Part shown: piece after piece, positions 37,084 through 49,265 of the stretch | Position numbering within the stretch: the first letter of the stretch is position 1 | Layout of the letters: the number at the start of each line of letters is the position of its first letter | Assembly (NCBI GenBank): GCA_030295235.1 | Contig: AP026134.1 | Coordinates: forward strand, 1,240,001-1,304,000 | Direction of reading: 5' to 3' | DNA length: 64,000 nucleotides | Source: Fistulifera solaris | Taxonomy: Eukaryota | Made by a program: the position numbers and the translations under genes | Notes under the pieces: generated by a model | Seen by the model: the letters and a program-made list of their open reading frames with translations, nothing else | Told to the model about the DNA's origin: nothing | The model's database searches: none

Positions 37084-39477
37084 TTACCGAGTTGAGATAT
37101 CTAAACAAGTAGCGGCCAATTCGATACTCCTTGAAATGTGGAGCACGGAATAACGGTTATCCAATCCCAAAACATATTGCAACAATTCTAAACGCAAACA
37201 TGGCGAGTGCATTCGTTGCAGCATACCATGAATGGCGTACAATATGTGCATTCCAGTAAAGTCATTTGCACTGATAGCTTCTCGAAGTTGCGATGCGAAA
37301 GCTTTGCGATTCGCAATGGCCTTATTGCTCACAAACGCCATGAATTTGCTATTCTGAGCGGTCGCTATCTTCAGATCACCTTGTGCAGTTCTCTGATCGT
37401 GCCAAGACGAAATGCGGAACGCCACATTGTGCTCGCCATGATTGATCCATTCTTCAATTGCATCAACTGACTCGTGAATGCGTCGCAAAGCACTTCCATC
37501 TTGAATCACTCGTAGCACTTGTGCTGCACCCAAAACAGCCAGTAACCCGTCTGAATTCGTCGCACTCCGTAAGCGATCTGTGTCAAGTGCGGGAGGAAGA
37601 GATGAACTGATAGTGGATGCATTGAAAGCAAGCACGTCCTTTCCGGTGGCGCGTTTTACGATTTCCATATCTCGTTCCAGCGTTTCTTTTTCTTGGGGTA
37701 CCCTAGTCGAGTCGTTTTCCAACACATGACGATGCATCGGTTCATCTTGTCGTATAAGATGAGGCTTTTGGAATGCTATGGACTTTTCTGCTGTCTTCTG
37801 GTCGGCGTCTAGTTCATTTCTGTGTGAAGACACCAAAGAATACAGGAGCAATAGCTGACGGGACGTATGATAATCTCCGGCTCGAAGTGCCGAAGAAAGA
37901 CCCTCATTGACAAAGTCCTGCAATCGATGGCTTTTCTGTCTCGATTCCTGATCAGATTCTGATTGCTCTTGATCAATTCGGTGATCTGTTTGCATCATCA
38001 TCTGTAGGATATGCGCTAAGGATTTATCGGTAGCACCGAAACCACCGGCGATGTGCGCTAGTTCTTCTGGGGTCAGCAATGATTGTATGTTATCGTCTAA
38101 CTGAAGCAGCTCTTCCACTTTTTGTTGAAATGATTCGGCTTCGGTTAATCGTAATGTCGTGCGGTAAGCAACAGTCTGGTTTTGAAATGGATTGAGCTTA
38201 CTCGATGCATCTTTCCACAACTCGTCTTGCAGTTGATGCGTCAATATTTGTACTCCATGTTCGGGTGTCACGAGTAAAAGTGGAATATCTTTCATCGCAG
38301 GGTTTTCCTGAAACACATGTATAAGTCGCGCTTTTGTTCTCAACATGGTTATCAAATGCCCATAAGTCGCTAGCCGAACAAACAAAGCCACTGGAAGTCC
38401 TATGCCTTGTTCCAACGATTTTTCCTTCGGGTTGTGGGTGCCTCCCACGCGAACGTAAACTTCATTGTAAGGCACAATCTGAATTCCGGTTGCTCGTTTT
38501 GTTCCAATAAAAACTGGGTCGTCGCTCCCGGCCAAACAATATTCTTGGTTGTATTGCCGCAACGTCTGAAACGACACCAACGCTTCTTGACGACCATGGG
38601 TGAGTCGACCATGGGAGTCAATATTGAATTCCGTCTTGGCCGAATATCCTGCCGGCCAGGCCCACGTCTCAGCTGTCGTAATGGATTCGTTTTCTTGCAA
38701 TGTGTCCTGGGATGAGGGAAGTTCAAAAACCACACCGACCGTATATAGTGTCGGTGATCCATAACACCGCATCTTCTTCCCCGAGGGAGGGAGCAACGAA
38801 GTGCTAGTATAAAAGCTGTTGTAGAGATAACTGTCATGCGGTGCCCGATCATCATGTGCGGTGGGAAAGTTATGCTGCAACGATTGTTGTGTTCGAAATC
38901 GCTGTAAAAATTGTGTCCATTCTGTATTTTTAATGGTCTTGACGACACATTGTTGCTGTTCAAATAATTGTAGTACATGTTTTTCTGGTAATGATAACAT
39001 GCCGTAGCGTTGTTGAGCCCCTACCAGTACCAGCGGTGCAAAGACATCATCATAGCCGTATGTTAGAGAAGGCAAGGGAGCAATCGCTGGCGCCAAGATA
39101 TCACCACCAGTAGAAGACATTGTATACCCCGTCTCCGACGAATGCGTGGATTCACTGTTCAATTCGTCAGTGATTGACGTTGTTGTGGTTGTTGCCTTTG
39201 ATTTATTTCCTGTGCTGGTCGGCAAGGGCGCTAGAAAATCGTCTTCTTTGAATTCATTTCCATCACTTGATTCCGCGGATGATTCAGCATGCTGCATTGT
39301 GATATGATTGCGAAAAACAATACTGCGTGCCGATGCATGATATAGTAGAATTGGTGCTTCTAATGCTCTTGAACTACTGCTAACGGAAGAAAGTGAATTA
39401 CTTCGACTGCGATGGTTGTGATGAGATGTCAATGAATTGCTCCGACTGCGGCTAGGGCGATGCGTAGAAAACACCAT
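37084..39477 (-). CDS. 797-aa protein of unknown function
   Basis: Uninterrupted long ORF; Ser-rich N-terminus (RSRSNSL x2); globular core with W.WP.GYSAKTEFN and PYNEVYVRVGG. Confidence 0.8.
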   Translation of the reverse strand: MVFSTHRPSRSRSNSLTSHHNHRSRSNSLSSVSSSSRALEAPILLYHASARSIVFRNHITMQHAESSAESSDGNEFKEDDFLAPLPTSTGNKSKATTTTTSITDELNSESTHSSETGYTMSSTGGDILAPAIAPLPSLTYGYDDVFAPLVLVGAQQRYGMLSLPEKHVLQLFEQQQCVVKTIKNTEWTQFLQRFRTQQSLQHNFPTAHDDRAPHDSYLYNSFYTSTSLLPPSGKKMRCYGSPTLYTVGVVFELPSSQDTLQENESITTAETWAWPAGYSAKTEFNIDSHGRLTHGRQEALVSFQTLRQYNQEYCLAGSDDPVFIGTKRATGIQIVPYNEVYVRVGGTHNPKEKSLEQGIGLPVALFVRLATYGHLITMLRTKARLIHVFQENPAMKDIPLLLVTPEHGVQILTHQLQDELWKDASSKLNPFQNQTVAYRTTLRLTEAESFQQKVEELLQLDDNIQSLLTPEELAHIAGGFGATDKSLAHILQMMMQTDHRIDQEQSESDQESRQKSHRLQDFVNEGLSSALRAGDYHTSRQLLLLYSLVSSHRNELDADQKTAEKSIAFQKPHLIRQDEPMHRHVLENDSTRVPQEKETLERDMEIVKRATGKDVLAFNASTISSSLPPALDTDRLRSATNSDGLLAVLGAAQVLRVIQDGSALRRIHESVDAIEEWINHGEHNVAFRISSWHDQRTAQGDLKIATAQNSKFMAFVSNKAIANRKAFASQLREAISANDFTGMHILYAIHGMLQRMHSPCLRLELLQYVLGLDNRYSVLHISRSIELAATCLDISTR

Positions 39478-39992
39478 TGTTTACTCTTTGTTGATGGTGA
39501 CGTTAATGTTGTTAGCAACTCCAATGGATTGCAGGCTGAATTGTATGATTGGATGATGTAACTGGTAACAATGTGAAAAGGTTTACTTTTGATACGAAAA
39601 AAGCGAGAGGTGTCAAATCATCAACAGGAACCCATTTTCTCTGGATCGGTTCTCCCTCTACTGTTCATTGCACACTCAAGTTCCGCAGAATGCAGCGACC
39701 ATGACTGAATTACTGCAGTCGTGGCGAAAAACGACCTACAGTTTGCAGCTATAGTCGACAATAATTTCAACCTTTGCGGAGTATAGATTGATGAAAAAAA
39801 AGATTATGCGGTTAGAGTTAGAGTTAGTTTCGTCGCCGACGACCTCTCCTCATATTATTTTGTTTTATTTTATTGCATCTCATCGCATCGCATCGATGAT
39901 CATTGCGTATTATAACATTTCACATTCGCCATTTACTTGCAAATACTACCGCTTCCTGTTCATCGATTATCAACAATACACGTCTATCAATC

Positions 39993-40660
39993 ATGCAGTC
40001 AACGCGCGTGTTGCTTCCTACAATACTACGATCGACGACGACGACTCGTTTACAACCTCGTTCGTGGCTAATATTTCCCCACCGTACTACTTCTAATATA
40101 TTTGCGTCGACTTTCGCTCATTCTTTCTCGTCCTTTTCACCACTCGGTTGGTGGCAGAATCGACAAGAAAACAAAGAAGCAGAAAAATACAAGCAACGAG
40201 TATTGCAAATGAGTCAACAAGAGACGTGGACGTTGCAAGATTTGCAGGCCGAATTACAAGAAGCGGCCAATAGTTGGCTTGCGAAAATGTCACAAACGAA
40301 AGAAGCAGAAATGGCACAACAAATGAATCAAACACTCATCGGATTGATGCAAGTTGTAGGAAAGGATGCGGATTTAGAGCGGTTGGAAGGAATTACTCGA
40401 GCGGACAAATTAAAAGCTGCTGTGGCAGCCAAAGTCACCGTTGAAGACATTGCGACGGTCATTGAACAATTCAGTTCCATGACACTTATGCACAAAGTGT
40501 TACGACATCGACATTTGGAAGGAAAACCGATTCCTACTTCGGCAGAAGCGATGCAAACAGTCTTACAGGCCGAAGGACCCAACTTTTTAACCAAGCAGCA
40601 AAGAGTAAATTGCAACGCAAACAAGTGCAGCGTATGAAAAAGGCTATTCGTGGGCGTTAA
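39993..40660 (+). CDS. Probable mitochondrial protein with an SRP54 M-domain-like segment (indel ~40600)
   Basis: R/S/T-rich acid-free presequence; helical body ending ITRADKLKAA.AA.VTVEDI..VI.QF..M. Confidence 0.5.
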
Positions 40661-40786
40661 ACGAAAAGCAGCACTTGAAAGACGCTTCAGCTTATACGCA
40701 TACGTATAAAGTCTAATTCATTATTGCAAGATTACCAATGCTACTCCCATAGCCCTACACATACCTTCGCCACTTTCCTTGGTCAC

Positions 40787-41630
40787 CTAGGTTCCCTTGG
40801 TAGGAAGTGTGAAGCGTCCGCCACTCTTCTTCGACTTGAAGTAATAGTAGAAAAAGTCGACGTACAATAAGGTCTGCAATACACCGCAAATGTAGACCAC
40901 CCAGTGATGCTGGTAATGCGCTTCAAAATTGGCTCGATAGATCCAATTGAGAATGTACAAGAATCGGTAAGCACCCATGAAGAAAATGTAATTTCCCGTC
41001 AAGTTTTCTACTTCGCGATAACGCTGCAATACAATCAACTGCGGCAATATGGCAATGCTCTCCAAGTAAATGGAAAATGTCCATAACAGTTCGATGAAGG
41101 AGAATCCGGAGATTCCCGACCCAATCAAATGAGTCACTGACGCCAGGACCGCACACGGAGCGACCGCAAACTGCCAATACAAGAAAGAATCTTGCGATTT
41201 GTCGTACGTCGATTTGATGGGTTCTTGAAATTTGATAGTGTAAATGATGGAAGCTGTACTGACAATGTAAAGGATCTTCATGATCGAATTGTACAAGCTG
41301 TAAAAGGTAGTAAAGAGGTCCAAGTAGCGCGTCAAGAAGACGATCAAGAAGAGTTCGTGCGTGCGAACCGAAATGCCTGAATGAAGTAGCATAAATGACG
41401 TAAAAGGGAAATGTGAGACATGACAGATGTGTTTTGTCATTCACAACACAAAAATATCTTTGATACTCCTGTTGTTGCTGTTTTCTCTCCTTTCCTTTCT
41501 CTTTTATTCCTACAATCACACTTCAATACATACCCTGAGCATTCTTGGCGACACGGAGTCGCAGCAACAAGACCAAAATACTAAAGACATGTGACATGTC
41601 TCCAGCGAGACGAAAAATGTTCATGCTCAT
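40787..41630 (-). CDS. ERD2: ER lumen protein-retaining (KDEL) receptor
   Basis: MNIFRLAGDMSH; intron 41533..41377; GIS..T..L...VF.TRYLDLF, LWTFSIYLES.AILPQL, YR.LYILNWIYR. Confidence 0.95.
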
Positions 41631-42208
41631 TTTGCAAAAAAAAACTTCCTTGTCAAACAAAGCTCTCTGTCTCCCTCTTTTATTCCCCTCAAATAGGAGC
41701 TGTTAATAAGCACGTCCTTTGCTTTTCTTTACTTTCGCGCAACCACAAGCAAACAAGTCTAGAATTGTCGCTCTTTGTGTCAGTCTCCGCAACGCGCGCG
41801 TTCAAATCGCAACGCCGATCCTCTCTATTAGCCTCTAGCGGCTTTTACGAATTACGAATGACCGTTGGCTGCGTATACCATCCTACAGTTATTGTGTCAG
41901 TGGCATCAAGAGACTCCGCGAAAAAGAACTCGCGAGGGTCGCGCAAGGTTGGCAGTACGATGCGATGAACGATGAGATCGTCGTCTGACCGTGCTTCCAT
42001 CACATTCATTGCCGTGAAAATCTACCAGTACAAAGTACAAAGTACTTTGATTGTACCGTTTGTAGTGAACCTCTTCCTTTCCTCGCGAGCATTTACATGT
42101 ATTCCATTTTCTCGCAACAAGCAAACGTCCCTTCCTTTTACCGATACCGGTAGTTTCTATTCAGTACTTGTACTTCGCTGGTATCAATCGACAAATAGAA
42201 ACCTATTG

Positions 42209-43112
42209 ATGAATCATTCGAATTCGCGGGAAATGAGCCGCATCGATACAGTAGCAGAAAATAGAATACACAAAGAAGGTGATGGATTTGACAAGGAAGA
42301 AATCATCGACGACTGGCAGTTGGATATGAATTTTCACGTCTTTTCGAAACATACACTACAAACAATTTCGGCACAGGATACTTTGGTACATCTGGAATGT
42401 GTGGAGCAGTTAACTCCCGTGGATATGATGAATTTGGCCAATGGAGAACACGATGCCACCGGTCATTGTGTATGGACGGGGGCCTTCCTTTTACTCGATG
42501 CACTCGGTGTGCTATTAGAAGAGTGTTTTACAGAAAAACGAATATTGGAACTGGGTTGTGGGACTGGGATTGGTGGCATTGGTCTAATGTGTGCGCACGA
42601 CAAAGAACGACGACCAAGCTATGTCTTGTTGACCGACGCAGATCCAGATGCTTTACAAGTATGTCAACGCAACTGTCAGCAACATAACAAGCTTCCAAAA
42701 AACAAGTACGGAATACAAGAGTTAACGTGGGGAGAGCCATTGTCACCCGAAACTCTGAGTGCATCGTTCGATACTACTTTGGCGACGGACGTATTGTACG
42801 ACATTGCGTTGCTACCGCCTCTGTTTCAAACCGCGCATTCGGCCCTGAAAGCAAATGGTCTTTTTGTCTTGTCACATGTACCCAGAGCTTGTTATAGTTC
42901 CCAGCACCCACCAGTCGATGATTTGGATCAGTATATTATCGATCAGGCAACACGAAGTGGCTTTTTTCTTGCATCGGCACATAGTTCCCAACCAACTTCC
43001 GAGAGCGTTCCGTACGGAAGGGTCGTTGAATGAACCGGCTTCTTTAAGTGATATGCAAGAAGTGGGTGCTTCCCTTTTGTGTTTCGTAAAACACCTATTT
43101 TTTAACAATTAA
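42209..43112 (+). CDS. Methyltransf_16/METTL21-like SAM-dependent protein methyltransferase (indel ~42965)
   Basis: D.TG..VW.GA, ILELGCGTG..G, LTD, L.WG, FD...A.DVLY. Confidence 0.85.
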
Positions 43113-43392
43113 ACGGAGGAATGAATTATGAATTGTGTTTTTTTAGAGGTCAGGTTTACTTTGTATTATTTGGAAACAAACATAACGAGCTAGAAAGTGT
43201 CACAGCGAAATCCCCCCTTTAAGAAAGTTTTCTCCTTTTGTGCGACAGTCCAAGTAAAAGCACAAAGCATCAACCTTTAAAGCGTCGACACCTCTCTGAT
43301 GGTATCATTCATTCATTCAAATGATCATTATTATTTTTCCTACTTTCGTCTGATTTTGTCATTTTAAAACCTCAATACCACGGTTCTACATA

Positions 43393-43785
43393 ATGAAGCG
43401 CTCGAATACGCCCAATTCATCGAATAAAGGCAATAACAATAACAAATCATCGCACTATTCATCGTATCAACAAGGCACCTATTATGCCGCCGAGCAAACA
43501 AAGACACTGGAAGATTCTCACAAAGCATTTTATGAAGCGGATCAAACAGCTGCTGCTGTTTTACAGCAAATGACGAATCAACGAAGTCAACTCAAAGATG
43601 CACACGAGAATGTATGGGATATGCGCATAGCAACGGAACAGGCCAAGCGTGAATTGCAAGAGCTACAAGTCAAATATCGACAAAAGAAACATCGATTGTA
43701 TATGATGATTGGCATTTTGGCGTTTACAGATTTCGTATTGTTTCTACGGCTCGTTCATTGTCACGGGAATTTCTATTGTCTATAA
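43393..43785 (+). CDS. Small tail-anchored Q-SNARE-like protein
   Basis: Coiled coil with central Q (MTNQRSQL), basic stretch, C-terminal TM. Confidence 0.6.
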   Translation: MKRSNTPNSSNKGNNNNKSSHYSSYQQGTYYAAEQTKTLEDSHKAFYEADQTAAAVLQQMTNQRSQLKDAHENVWDMRIATEQAKRELQELQVKYRQKKHRLYMMIGILAFTDFVLFLRLVHCHGNFYCL

Positions 43786-43866
43786 AAAAGAAATGAGTGC
43801 AACGAGCTTTCCATCAATAGGGATAATAACAAAATCATAGTTAGTGCATTTCTCCTGCCATGTTCA

Positions 43867-45101
43867 CTAAAGGAGCCGATGCATGGGCACATAAATCACC
43901 AAACTCCATAGCATCGCTCCTCCTAAACTGATCGCAGCATACAACCAATTCGAGGGCGGATCATGACAGTGAATTTCTTTGATCCACGTTGATACTGTCG
44001 ATAAACTACCGAGAAAACCAGTCGCCCATGGAGACATATCTATACCCTCTATCTCCAGTCCTGTTACTACTGCCAAAAGTATGCATGCTGTCCAGTTGGC
44101 TATCAGTGTGCCACGCATCGGTGTCTCGGCTGTATTGTACTTGATGGACAAAACATATCGTGTCAATGCTCCGGCTGGCGCTGCCCATATCAATGGAGCC
44201 AAAGTAGAAATAAACGTCGAACTATTTGTTGTAGTGAAGGTCAACGAGAACAACAAGAGTCCGCACGCCAATAGAGTAGGCGGAATGAGCCATATTCCAC
44301 GAGGAAACGTGTGTTGCTTCCGACTCGCATTCGTGTCACTGCTGTTGCGATGCGTACTATTGTCGTCGTCGTTTTCATCGTTACTGACATCGCTCACTCT
44401 TACATGGGTCAAAAGAGCTGTCCCCAAGACAAAACTTCCATAAGCTCCAAACGTTCCTAGAATATAACCCACTATTGCCATGGCGATGTCTCCTTGTTCC
44501 AACATTGTCACCATTTGCATGTTCCACGACGAGACTATTGCCAGGGAAATGAATGAATGAGTGGGATACGATTGTTAAAAAGATTCACCCTTGGATACGT
44601 ACAAGTCGTGAGAGAACCACAAAATCCGACTTGCCAGGCTTGGCAATATGGGACAGTATCATGACTCTGATGCAATAAAACACCCATTACAAAGCTTCCC
44701 AATAGATTTGCCGGCAAATCCACAAACAACGCGGACTGCGAAGACGTGACACAAGCAGAAGATTGTCGCTGCGATGCTGAGGGTGAATCACACTGCAGGA
44801 AATAGGCTAAAGAAGCACGAGCGGACGCACCCAAAAAGGCACAAATGGAAATGGAGTACAATAACCAGAAGGTCGTGTAGTAAGACGAAGACGAAGAAGA
44901 AGAAGAAGAAGAAGAAGAAGAAGAAGAAGAAGAAGAGCTTGTTTCTTCAACGATATTTTCAATTGTGTCGTCTTCAGAAACTGACTGCTGTATCATATTC
45001 TCACTAGCATTCTCGTGCAGCTCTTCATCATGATGATACTGATGAGGGTTTGTTTCTTGACGTTCGTGAACGGATGGCGAGGTTTGATGTAAATTCAACA
45101 T
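43867..45101 (-). CDS. FEX: Fluoride exporter (two Fluc/CrcB domains), intron ~44602..44536
   Basis: GA..R, ANLLGSF.MG, GFCGSLTT|FSSW, then GA.TRY, GTL.AN, GFLGSLSTVST...E. Confidence 0.9.
44882..44935 (+). repeat. (GAA)n microsatellite encoding poly-Ser in FEX
   Basis: About 14 GAA units after (AAGACG)2. Confidence 0.95.
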
Positions 45102-45259
45102 TCAATGCGCATTACCTTCCCAGTAAATCACATTCGCTACATGTAAAGCTACGAGAACAATAGTGTTGGGATCGACGAACCATAAACATGGAAGTAAGGG
45201 CAAAAGGTATTGTTGCAAACTTGTTTCGCCGCATCGTAAAGACTAAAATCAATCAAACA

Positions 45260-45394
45260 CCCAGATTTTTCGGGAAATGCACAGAATTTCTGCAAAGTTT
45301 TTGAATTTACAGAAATTCTGTACTCATATCCAGAAATGCTGGAAAAAGGTAATTTTGATCTAGCAGAAATTCTGTGCTAGTTCCAGAAATTCTG
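45260..45394. repeat. Cluster of CAGAAWTTCTG quasi-palindromes
   Basis: Exact copies at 45282, 45310, 45364, 45384; variant at 45331. Confidence 0.8.
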
Positions 45395-45968
45395 CTCACA
45401 TGGGCGCAGTGAAAATGGTGCTGACAAGCGCAGCGCTTTAACGACTCTAGCATCCTATTCTTAAAGCAGAGATCTACGAGGAAAAGATCAAGTTGGCGGA
45501 AGCTTCTGACCCTGTCGTCAAACCAGCAAACGTTGATTCTATCAAAGAAATGGGAGGAGACGTCTAGCCAATCAACTAAGCAAGAGATAATGAACGGAAG
45601 AACAAAGTCGAAACATTGCGTGAAATGGTGTTACCTAAAGTTATGGTAACTGAAATTAAAGATTATATTTTTGTTTGAAAATTTAGTTTCTATGGCTTTC
45701 AATGTCGACAACAATACCTTACTTGAGAGATCGATACCTTTCTTTTCGGGAAGACGAACATTCAGTCTTCACATCCAATCAATCATTTCATCCATATCCC
45801 ATTGGTTACTACTCGTCCTACTAAAATAGAACAAGGAAGACATCAATCAATCACTACAATATATACTCCGTGTAAACAATTACGAGGAAAATGTTCAACC
45901 GTATACAGTTTTGAACAATATCTAAAAAGCAGTTGGCTTCTTCCCCTTCGTATCACTCTTACTTTCAT

Positions 45969-47885
45969 TTAAGCAGCAACTTCGTCCGAATCTTCGTCGT
46001 CGTCTTTCAAAGTCTTTCGGTCGGTCTGCTCTTCTTCATCATCCTCGATAGGAAGACCGGTGTGATCGATCAAAGAACGAAGCGTGGTCTTGACGTAATC
46101 CATATCTTCGGGAAGAGTCTCCATGGTTACACGACGGTGTTCGCGTTTCTTGAACGTGTCCAAAGTCTTTTGCTTGCCGTCTTGGTAATACCACCAAAAA
46201 GCGAAGTAACCACAACCAATCAACAAGCAAATCACCAAGACCCAACCAATCACCTTGAGACCCATTGCTTCAGCCGCAATTAGGTACGAAAGGCCCATCA
46301 ATGTGACGGGGAATAAGAAGAAAGAAATGGCAATGAACAAGACCGGGAATCCACGCCACAATCGGGTCATCTTTCCGAGCTGCTTGGCGGGGTAGATGAC
46401 AGGAACACGCGTGATGGGAATGACGTAGAAGAAGATGATACCCATGACGTTAAAAATCAAGTGGCAGAGAGCAACTTGCAGACCGAGAACGCCTTCCGTG
46501 ACCAAGGAAGCCATGAGCGCCGTGATGCAAGTACCCAAGTTGGCACCCAAGGTCAAAGGATACATTTGTTCGATGGTGATGGCGCCTATTCCCAGATAAA
46601 ACGGACAAGTGAGCGAACGATCATTGACGAAGCGAAAGAAACTCTCGCAACCGCTTACCTATTCCCACGAGTGGAGTTAGAACGGAAGTGACGACGGTAG
46701 AAGACTGAACCAACATCGTAAGACCGGTTCCCATGATGATCGAAAGGTAACCATTGACGTTCGTTGCCTTGTAGATGATGCGAATCGACAATCCCATCAA
46801 CAGACGGTTCAAGACGTAGACAAGAAAGAGCAAGCAGATGAAGAGCATACCAATGGAAAGAACCATGACGACACCTCCCGAGATTTGATCATCCTTGGCG
46901 GTAGCATCGGGCTGGAAAAAGATGGGGCATCTTCCGGTTTCCTTGCGGCAACTAATAAGACCGACTTGCTTGCATTTGGCGACAGTGGGCTCTCCCGGCT
47001 CGCACAAGATAGGGTAGAATCCACCACCTTCACTGCAAGAGCCCGAACCATCTCCTACGGCGATAATCAATTTGGAGTTTGACTTGATGACGCGTTCTCC
47101 AATCGGCGAAACGTACTTTTTGATGGGACCGGCCCAAGTGGTCTGATCACTGCCTTCGTTCGATTTGGCGTTCTTGACCATGGCACCAGACAAATGACGA
47201 AGGAATCCAGTAGCAAGTTCGAGCGGCAACATGATGACGACACTCAAGTAGTTGTAAATATCGTGCACGACGGCACCACCGAACGCGCGCTCCAACTGAT
47301 CGGGGTCTCCCATTTGTCCGATGGCGACCATGGCGTTGGTGATGGTGGTTCCGATGTTGGCTCCCATCATCATGTAGATACCTTGTTCGAGCGTAATACC
47401 GTTACCGACCAACGAAACGATGATCGAAGTGGTGGTAGACGAAGAGTGCAACATGGCCGTCGAAATGAGACCAATCATGAGACCCGTAATCGGATTGGCG
47501 TCGTCTCCGAACATTCCACCGGCACTGCATCCGGTCAAGACTTTCGCGGATGATCCCATCATATCGAGTGAGACCATGAAAAAGTACAAGAGAGTGGCCA
47601 CACAAAGGATTCCGAAGCCAATCCAGGCCCATTCTTCGTGCGTGTGCACACAGCAGGCAACAAAGACGTCGTTCCAAGTGGCGTCCGCCAAAGCTTCAAG
47701 ATCGGGCTCGATATCATCGATCGCGTCACCAAAGTGAACGGGGTTCTTTTTGGGCTTGTTGATGAGATCTTTGTCGGTATCGGACTGCCGTGTCGTAGAG
47801 ACAAGAGAAACAGACAAGAGAAAAAAAGTGAGACATTGAAAAAGTGAGCACAAAAGCAAAGATGGATTCCGACTGAACGTACCAT
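45969..47885 (-). CDS. SLC34: SLC34/NptA sodium-phosphate cotransporter (3 exons)
   Basis: ATG|intron 47882..47785; HSSSTTTSI, GANIGTT, QSSTVVTS, LGANLGT; intron 46658..46586. Confidence 0.92.
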
Positions 47886-48469
47886 GGTTACAAAGTATGG
47901 CAGTAAAAAGAATCGGCGGAAACGAAATGAATGGACCAGCACAATCGTTCGGGTTTGCCAAATTTATGCCAGCGATCTTTTTTTTTTGTGAATGGACCGA
48001 ATGTGCTGTTTTCTTCGTGCTTGACACTTGACATGCTCAGCTGTCGTCCTTTTTTGCGTACTGATTTGTAACCAAAAGCTTTCTTGGATGAATCCAAGAG
48101 ATTCATAATCACGAGCTCTGAGAGACTTCTCAAACAAAAAGAGTGGAACGAAAATTGAAATGGAGGTGAAACAGTTTTTGTTCTCTCGTGGCGTGTCGTT
48201 CTCTTTTGGATAGGGTTTCTCCATGGTCGGAGAAAAGATGGAAAAATTCAACAACCGCGAAAAAGAGTGTTCGGTTCCGTTTTTCACTTGAGTGCCGAAT
48301 GCCAAGATTCGCTTCTGGCGGAGAAAAGCGGCGACTTTATCCGTCCATCCGATTGGTTGATGATGACGATGATGATGATGATTCAGGAAGATTCATTCAT
48401 AGGTGCAGGGGAAAGGGCCTATCACAAGGGTTTTTCAACGTAACAGTAGTGGTGCTTGCACTATCTGTC

Positions 48470-48689
48470 TCCACAGAATTTCTGTAAAACTAAAATCACC
48501 GTCCGAAGAATTTCAGAATATCCAGAATTTTTGGGAAAAAAACCTTACGCAGTACCAGTATGCTAATCCACACCGTAGGGAACATTTCTGGAACGGGAAA
48601 GTCCACAGAATTTCTGTATGACCATATACACCTCCGCAATTTCTGCAACGTCCGCAGACTTTTACACCTTCTCCAGCGTTTCTGTAACC
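48470..48689. repeat. Second cluster of CAGAATTTCTG-like motifs
   Basis: TCCACAGAATTTCTGTA at ~48470 and ~48602, plus several degenerate copies. Confidence 0.7.
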
Positions 48690-49265
48690 TACTCTCAGTT
48701 TTTGTGTGCTTGTCATATCCGTCTCTGATGTTTAGGTCACGGGTCCGTTTGTGGTTTGCGGAAGTCGGAAGTGCGAGTATGAAAAATAATGAAAGGGCTC
48801 CCCGCAAAGGCTAACTATAGACGCCAAAGGCGGCTACCAGTAGTGAATGTGGGCAAAATGTGGGACAAGAAGCCTTGATTACATCATTCCTTTATACTTA
48901 ACCTTACCCTTAATCAGGGTGTCCGCGGGCGGGGTGTTTTATTATTGTGCTCGTGACTCCTAAATTCATGATTGAATTCACGCAGACTGACGCACCGCGC
49001 GATGCCATGGTTCTTTTTTTTGGCGTTGGTGTTGATGGTTTTGGGAGTGTTGGTTACTACTATTGGGAGGAGGAGAATGATTTCATTCGATACGCTGTAC
49101 CTGGTATCATCGCGTCAGATAGACAAATCCAAGTCTACAACATAGACTTCTTTACATACCTTTTAACGAGCTCTTTCGCTGTTCCGAAAATATAATAGCG
49201 AGACAAAAAAAAAAGCGACGAAAGATTTTCATTTTTTTATTACTCAATTCACTCGACGGCCTCTC

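Noticed and set aside
45282..45394. Canonical heat-shock elements
   Set aside because: Spacing is GAAnTTC, not the nGAAnnTTCn of an HSE.
45415..45567. Short protein-like remnant (ILKAEIYEEKIKLAEASDP...GGDV*)
   Set aside because: Under 40 codons, with no start, splice support or recognisable homology.
47886..48027. Long N-terminal extension of the SLC34 ORF
   Set aside because: It reads through a canonical 98-nt intron. The true start is most likely ATG 47885.
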